Shown here one piece after another: positions 57,354 to 64,000 of a stretch of 64,000 nt of DNA. The stretch comes from Eledone cirrhosa (Eukaryota). Location: contig OZ024760.1 in the NCBI GenBank assembly GCA_964016885.1, positions 3,286,001 through 3,350,000 of the forward strand. Direction: 5' to 3'. The position numbers and the translations under genes were made by a program. The number at the start of each line of letters is the position of its first letter. Position 1 is the first letter of the stretch. The notes beneath the pieces were generated by a model that was not told where the DNA came from, made no database searches, and saw only the letters and a program-made list of their open reading frames with translations.

Positions 57354-60300
57354 ACTGATGGTGGTATTGGGATTGTTAGTACTGATGGTGGTATTGGTAT
57401 TGTGAGAGCTGATGGTGGTATTGCTATTGTTAGTGCTGATGGTGGTATTGGTATTGTTAGTGCTGATGGTGGTATTGGTATTGTGAGAGCTGATGGTGGT
57501 ATTGCTATTGTTAGTGCTGATGGTGGTATTGGTATTGTTAGTGCTGATGGTGGTATTGGTATTGTTAGTACTGATGGTGGTATTGGTATTGTGAGAGCTG
57601 ATGGTGGTATTGCTATTGTTAGTGCTGATGGTGGTATTGGTATTGTTAGTGCTGATGGTGGTATTGGTATTGTTAGTACTGATGGTGTTATTGGTATTGT
57701 TAGTGCTGATGGTGGTATTGGTATTGTTAGTGCTGGTGGTGGTACTGGTGTTGTTAGTGCTGATGGTGGTATTGGTATTGTTAGTGGTGATGGTGGTATT
57801 GGTATTGTTAGTGCTGATGGTGGTATTCGTATTCTTAGTACTGATGGTGGTATTGGTATTGTTAGTACTGATGGTGGTATTGGTATTGTTAGTGGTGATG
57901 GTGGTATTGGTATTGTTAGTACTGATGGTGGTATTGGTATTGTTAGTACTGATGGTGGTATTTTTATTGTTAGTACTGATGGTGGTATTGGAATTGTTAG
58001 TACTGATGGTGGTATTCTTAGTAGTGTTAGTACTGATGCTGTTATATGTATTGTTAGTACTGATGGTGGTATTGGTATTGTTAGTACTGATGGTGGTATT
58101 GGTATTGTTAGTGCTGATGGTGGTATTGGTATTGTTAGTGTTGATGGTGGTATTGGTATTGTTAGTACTGATGGTGGTATTGGTATTGTTAGTACTGATG
58201 GGGGTATTGGTATTGTTAGTGCTGATGGTGGTGTTGGTATTGTTAGTTCTGATGGTGGTATTGGTATTGTTAGTGTTGATGGTGGTATTGGTACTGTTAG
58301 TGCTGATGGTGGTGTTGGTATTGTTAGTTCTGATGGTGGTATTGGTATTGTTAGTGCTGATGGTGGTATTGGTATTGTTAGTGTTGATGGTGGTATTGGT
58401 ATTGTTAGTGCTGATGGTGGTATTGATATTGTTAGTGTTGATGGTGTTATTGGTATTGTTAGTGGTGATGGTGGTATTGGTATTGTTAGTGCTGATGGTG
58501 GTGTTGGTATTGTTAGTTCTGATGGTGGTATTGGTATTGTTAGTGCTGATGGTGGTATTGGTATTGTTAGTACTGATGGTGGTATTGGTATTGTTAGTAC
58601 TGATGGGGGTATTGGTATTGTTAGTGCTGATGGTGGTGTTGGTATTGTTAGTTCTGATGGTGGTATTGGTATTGTTAGTGCTGATGGTGGTATTGGTATT
58701 GTTAGTGTTGATGGTGGTATTGGTATTGTTAGTGCTGATGGTGGTATTGGTATTGTTAGTGTTGATGGTGTTATTGGTATTGTTAGTGGTGATGGTGGTA
58801 TTGGTATTGTTAGTACTGATGGTGGTATTGGTATTGTTAGTGCTGATGGTGGTATTGGTATTGTTAGTGCTGATGGTGTTGTTGGTATTGTTAGTTCTGA
58901 TGGTGGTATTGGTATTGTTAGTACTGATGGTGGTATTGGTATTGTTAGTGCTGATGGTGGTATTGGTATTGTTAGAACTGATGGTGGTATTGGTATTGTT
59001 AGTAGTGATGGTGTTGTTGGTATTGTTAGTACTGATGGTAGTATTGGTATTGTTAGTACTGATGGTGGTATTGGTATTGTTAGAACTGATGGTGGTATTG
59101 GTATTGTTAGTGCTGATGGTGGTATTGTTAGTACTGATGGTGGTATTGGTATCGTTAGTACTGATGGTGGTTTTGGTATTGTTAGTACTGATCGTGGTAT
59201 TGGTATTGTTAGTGGCAATGGTATAATTGGTATTGTTAGTGCTGATAGTGGTATTGGTATTGTTAGTGCTGATGGTGCTGATGGTGGTATTGGTATTGTT
59301 AGTGCTGATGGTGGTATTGGTATTGTTAGTACTGATGGTGGTATTGGTATTGTTAGTACTGATGGTGGTATTGGGATTGTTAGTACTGATGGTGGTATTG
59401 GTATTGTGAGAGCTGATGGTGGTATTGCTATTGTTAGTGCTGATGGTGGTATTGGTATTGTTAGTGCTGATGGTGGTATTGGTATTGTGAGAGCTGATGG
59501 TGGTATTGCTATTGTTAGTGCTGATGGTGGTATTGGTATTGTTAGTGCTGATGGTGGTATTGGTATTGTTAGTACTGATGGTGGTATTGGTATTGTGAGA
59601 GCTGATGGTGGTATTGCTATTGTTAGTGCTGATGGTGGTATTGGTATTGTTAGTGCTGATGGTGGTATTGGTATTGTTAGTACTGATGGTGTTATTGGTA
59701 TTGTTAGTGCTGATGGTGGTATTGGTATTGTTAGTGCTGGTGGTGGTACTGGTGTTGTTAGTGCTGATGGTGGTATTGGTATTGTTAGTGGTGATGGTGG
59801 TATTGGTATTGTTAGTGCTGATGGTGGTATTCGTATTCTTAGTACTGATGGTGGTATTGGTATTGTTAGTACTGATGGTGGTATTGGTATTGTTAGTGGT
59901 GATGGTGGTATTGGTATTGTTAGTACTGATGGTGGTATTGGTATTGTTAGTACTGATGGTGGTATTTTTATTGTTAGTACTGATGGTGGTATTGGAATTG
60001 TTAGTACTGATGGTGGTATTCTTAGTAGTGTTAGTACTGATGCTGTTATATGTATTGTTAGTACTGATGGTGGTATTGGTATTGTTAGTACTGATGGTGG
60101 TATTGGTATTGTTAGTACTGATGGTGGTATTGGTATTGTTAGTACTGATGGGGGTATTGGTATTGTTAGTGCTGATGGTGGTGTTGGTATTGTTAGTTCT
60201 GATGGTGGTATTGGTATTGTTAGTGTTGATGGTGGTATTGGTACTGTTAGTGCTGATGGTGGTGTTGGTATTGTTAGTTCTGATGGTGGTATTGGTATTG

Positions 60301-61060
60301 TTAGTGCTGATGGTGGTATTGGTATTGTTAGTGTTGATGGTGGTATTGGTATTGTTAGTGCTGATGGTGGTATTGATATTGTTAGTGTTGATGGTGTTAT
60401 TGGTATTGTTAGTGGTGATGTTGGTATTGGTATTGTTAGTGCTGATGGTGGTGTTGGTATTGTTAGTTCTGATGGTGGTATTGGTATTGTTAGTGCTGAT
60501 GGTGGTATTGGTATTGTTAGTACTGATGGTGGTATTGGTATTGTTAGTACTGATGGGGGTATTGGTATTGTTAGTGCTGATGGTGGTGTTGGTATTGTTA
60601 GTTCTGATGGTGGTATTGGTATTGTTAGTGCTGATGGTGGTATTGGTATTGTTAGTGTTGATGGTGGTATTGGTATTGTTAGTGCTGATGGTGGTATTGG
60701 TATTGTTAGTGTTGATGGTGTTATTGGTATTGTTAGTGGTGATGGTGGTATTGGTATTGTTAGTACTGATGGTGGTATTGGTATTGTTAGTGCTGATGGT
60801 GGTATTGGTATTGTTAGTGCTGATGGTGTTGTTGGTATTGTTAGTTCTGATGGTGGTATTGGTATTGTTAGTACTGATGGTGGTATTGGTATTGTTAGTG
60901 CTGATGGTGGTATTGGTATTGTTAGAACTGATGGTGGTATTGGTATTGTTAGTAGTGATGGTGTTGTTGGTATTGTTAGTACTGATGGTAGTATTGGTAT
61001 TGTTAGTACTGATGGTGGTATTGGTATTGTTAGAACTGATGGTGGTATTGGTATTGTTAG
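55557..61060. repeat. Tandem triplication of a 2004-bp block (third copy has a 54-bp deletion and is incomplete)
   Basis: ORF pairs 55597/57601 and 57223/59227 differ by 2004. The CTTAGTAGTGTT marker lies at ~56013, ~58017 and ~60021. The later offset is 1950 (58201 vs 60151). Confidence 0.88.
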
Positions 61061-62242
61061 TACTGATGGTGTTGTTGGTATTGTTAGTTCTGATGGTGGT
61101 ATTGGTATTGTTAGTACTGATGGTGGTATTGGTATTGTTAGTGCTGATGGTGGTATTGGTATTGTTAGTACTGATGGTTGTATTGGTATTGTTAGTGCTG
61201 ATGGTGGTATTGTTAGTACTGATGGTGGTATTGGTATTGTTAGTGCTGATGGTGTTATTGGTATTGTTAGTGCTGATGGTGGTATTGGTATTGTTAGTGC
61301 TGATGGTGGTATTGGTATTGTTAGTACTGATGGTTGTATTGGTATTGTTAGTACTAGTGGTGGTATTGGTATTGTTAGTACTGATGGTGGTATTGGTATT
61401 GTTAGTGTTGATGGTGGTATTGGTATTGTTAGTACTGATGGTGGTATTGGTATTGTTAGTGCTGATGGTGGTATTGGTATTGTTAGTGCTGATGGTGGTA
61501 TTGTTAGTACTGATGGTGGTATTGGTATCGTTAGTACTGATGGTGGTTTTGGTATTGTTAGTACTGATCGTGGTATTGGTATTGTTAGTGCTGATGGTGG
61601 TATTGGTATTGTTAGTGCTGATGGGGCTGATGGTGCTGATGGTGGTATTGGTATTGTTAGTGCTGATGGTGGTATTGGTATTGTTAGTACTGATGGTGGT
61701 ATTGGTATTGTTAGTACTGATGGTGGTGTTGGTATTGTTAGTTCTGATGGTGGTATTGGTATTGTTAGTGCTGATGGTGGTATTGGTATTGTTAGTGTTG
61801 ATGGTGGTATTGGTATTGTTAGTGCTGATGGTGGTATTGGTATTGTTAGTACTGATGGTGTTGTTGATTATTGCTAGTTCTGATGGTGGTATTGGTATTG
61901 TTAGTGGTGATGGTGGTATTGGTATTGTTAGTACTGATGGTGGTATTGGTATTGTTAGTGTTGATGGTGGTATTGGTATTGTTAGTGCTGATGGTGGTAT
62001 TGGTATTGTTAGTGCTGATGGTGGTATTGGTATTGTTAGTGTTGATAGTGGTATTGGTATTGTTAGTACTGATGGTGGTATTGGTATTGTTAGTGCTGAT
62101 GGTGGTATTGGTATTGTTAGTACTGATGGTGGTATTGGTATTGTTAGTACTGATGGTGGTATTGGTATTGTTAGTACTGATGGTGGTATTGGTATTGTTA
62201 GTGTTGATGGTGGTATTGGTATTGTTAGTACTGATGGTGGTA

Positions 62243-63244
62243 TTGGTATTGTTAGTACTGATGGTGGTATTGGTATTGTTAGTGTTGATGGTGGTATTGG
62301 TATTGTTAGTGCTGATGGTGGTATTGGTATTGTTAGTACTGATGGTGGTATTGGTATTGTTAGTGTTGATGGTGGTATTGGTATTGTTAGTGCTGATGGT
62401 GGTATTGGTATTGTTAGTGTTGATGGTGGTATTGGTATTGTTAGTGTTGATGGTGTTATTGGTATTGTTAGTACTGATGGTGGTATTGATATTGTTAGTG
62501 CTGATGGTGTTATTGGTATTGTTAGTGCTGATGGTGGTATTGGTATTGTTAGTGCTGATGGTGGTATTGGTATTGTTAGTGTTGATAGTGGTATTAGTAT
62601 TGTTAGTACTGATGGTGGTATTGGTATTGTTAGTGCTGATGGTGGTATTGGTATTGTTAGTGCTGATGGTGGTATTTTTAGTACTGATGGTGGTATTGGT
62701 ATTGTTAGTACTGATGGTGGTTTTGGTATTGTTAGTACTGATGGTGGTATTGGTATTGTTAGTGTTGATGGTGGTATTGGTATTGTTAGTGCTGATGGTG
62801 GTATTGGTATTGTTAGTACTGATGGTGGTATTGGTATTGTTAGTGTTGATGGTGGTATTGGTATTGTTAGTGCTGATGGTGGTATTGGTATTGTTAGTGT
62901 TGATGGTGGTATTGGTATTGTTAGTGTTGATGGTGTTATTGGTATTGTTAGTACTGATGGTGGTATTGATATTGTTAGTGCTGATGGTGTTATTGGTATT
63001 GTTAGTGCTGATGGTGGTATTGGTATTGTTAGTGCTGATGGTGGTATTGGTATTGTTAGTGTTGATAGTGGTATTAGTATTGTTAGTACTGATGGTGGTA
63101 TTGGTATTGTTAGTGCTGATGGTGGTATTGGTATTGTTAGTGCTGATGGTGGTATTTTTAGTACTGATGGTGGTATTGGTATTGTTAGTACTGATGGTGG
63201 TTTTGGTATTGTTAGTACTGATGGTGGTATTGGTATTGTTAGTG
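62243..63244. repeat. Tandem duplication of a 480-bp block (17x27 + one 21-bp unit)
   Basis: Lines starting at 62281 and 62761, and at 62581 and 63061, read identically, including ATTGATATT, GATAGTGGTATTAGT and GGTATTTTTAGT. Confidence 0.9.
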
Positions 63245-64000
63245 GCGATGGTATAATTGGTATTGTTAGTGCTGATGGTGGTATTGGTATTGTTAGTGCT
63301 GATGGTGCTGATGGTGGTATTGGTATGGTTAGTACTGATGGTGGTATTGGTATTGTTAGTGCTGATGGTGTTATTGGTACTGTTGGTACTGATGGTGGTA
63401 TTGGTATTGTTAGTACTGGTGGGGGTATTGGTATTCTTAGTACTGATGGTGGTATTGGTATTGTTAGTACTGATGGTGGTACTGGTATTATTAGTGCTGA
63501 TGGTGGTATTGGTATTGTTAGTGCTGATGGTGGTATTGGTATTGTTAGTACAGATGGTGGTATTGGGATTGTTAGTGCTGATGGTGGGAATGGTATTGTT
63601 AGTACTGATGGTGGTATTGGTATTGCTAGTACTGATGGTGGTATTGGTATTGTTAGTGGTGATGGTGGTATTGGTATTGTTAGTGGTGATGGTGTTATCG
63701 GTATTGTTAGTGCTGATGGTGGTATTGGTATTGTTAGTACTGGTGGTGGTATTGGTATTGTTAGTACTGATGGTGGTATTGGAATTGTTAGTACTGGTGG
63801 TGGTATTGGTATTGTTAGTACTGATGGTGGTATTGGTACTGTTAGTACTGTTGGTGGTATTGGTATTGTTAGTACTGATGGTGGTATTGGTATTCTTAGT
63901 ACTGATGGTGGTATTGGTATTGTTAGTACTGATGGTGGTATTGGTATTGTTAGTACTGATGGTGGTATTGGTATAGTTAGTACTGATGGTGGTATTGGTA

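Larger units (their letters stand above)
1..64000. repeat. Tandem satellite/minisatellite array of a 27-bp unit (consensus GATGGTGGTATTGGTATTGTTAGTACT; last triplet commonly ACT/GCT/GGT/GTT/TCT), extending beyond both window ends
   Basis: Seen directly: the unit recurs head-to-tail in one orientation from base 1 to 64000. Only point variants, length variants (21, 30, 33, 36 bp) and occasional 1-bp indels interrupt it. Confidence 0.99.

Noticed and set aside
21191-59218. Pro-rich (IPIPPSVLT)n extensin-like ORFs on -
   Set aside because: An alternative frame of the same repeat, overlapping three other open frames, with no independent support.
41800-61877. (DGGIGIVST)n ORFs as an RTX, ice-nucleation or antifreeze beta-solenoid protein
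   Set aside because: The 9-residue period is suggestive, but the sequence does not fit the RTX GGXGXDXLX nonapeptide or the ice-nucleation AGYGSTXT octapeptide. NNT codons cannot be stops, and the ORFs are frame-chimeric.
1-63976. Long poly-Val/Leu/Met 'membrane protein' ORFs on +
   Set aside because: This is the NTN frame of the repeat. A middle-position T forces hydrophobic residues and excludes stops, so the ORFs are artefacts of the repeat.
1-64000. CRISPR array (27-bp repeat length is in range)
   Set aside because: Units abut directly with no unique spacers, and no leader or cas genes are present.
1-64000. G-quadruplex-forming array
   Set aside because: Only GG doublets in the consensus. 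G-runs of three or more are rare variants, so canonical three-tier G4 motifs are not supported.
1-64000. tRNA, rRNA, transposon, promoter or terminator features
   Set aside because: No non-repeat sequence was seen, and there are no inverted repeats beyond the 6-bp AGTACT palindrome.

Overview
The whole 64-kb window is one uninterrupted, single-orientation tandem array of a 27-bp unit, consensus GAT GGT GGT ATT GGT ATT GTT AGT ACT (about 2,400 copies from 64000/27). It runs off both ends and I found no unique sequence, spacer, inversion or inserted element. The unit is nine NNT triplets, so T falls at every third base. The + strand is strongly G/T-skewed (consensus 12 T, 9 G, 5 A, 1 C). This structure keeps four of six frames open by construction: DGGIGIVST (NNT) and MVVLVLLVL (NTN) on +, and STNNTNTTI (ANN) and IPIPPSVLT (NNA) on -. 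The long ORFs in the track are therefore not evidence of genes, and 1-bp indels copied along the array switch frames repeatedly. The informative structure is in the variant units. They reveal nested multi-kb duplications with offsets of 459, 480, 1175, 2004, 2676/2703, 3379, 3899, 5335 and 6084/6138/6597 bp, recurring landmark cassettes, and a left-to-right turnover of variant types. The best reading is a large satellite/minisatellite array, probably eukaryotic (inference), with irregular higher-order repeats. A speculative alternative is ancestry from a Thr/Asn/Ser-rich mucin-like coding repeat on the minus strand. I cannot support a new gene-based system, CRISPR array, RNA gene or mobile element here. 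Boundaries were read by eye and are approximate.
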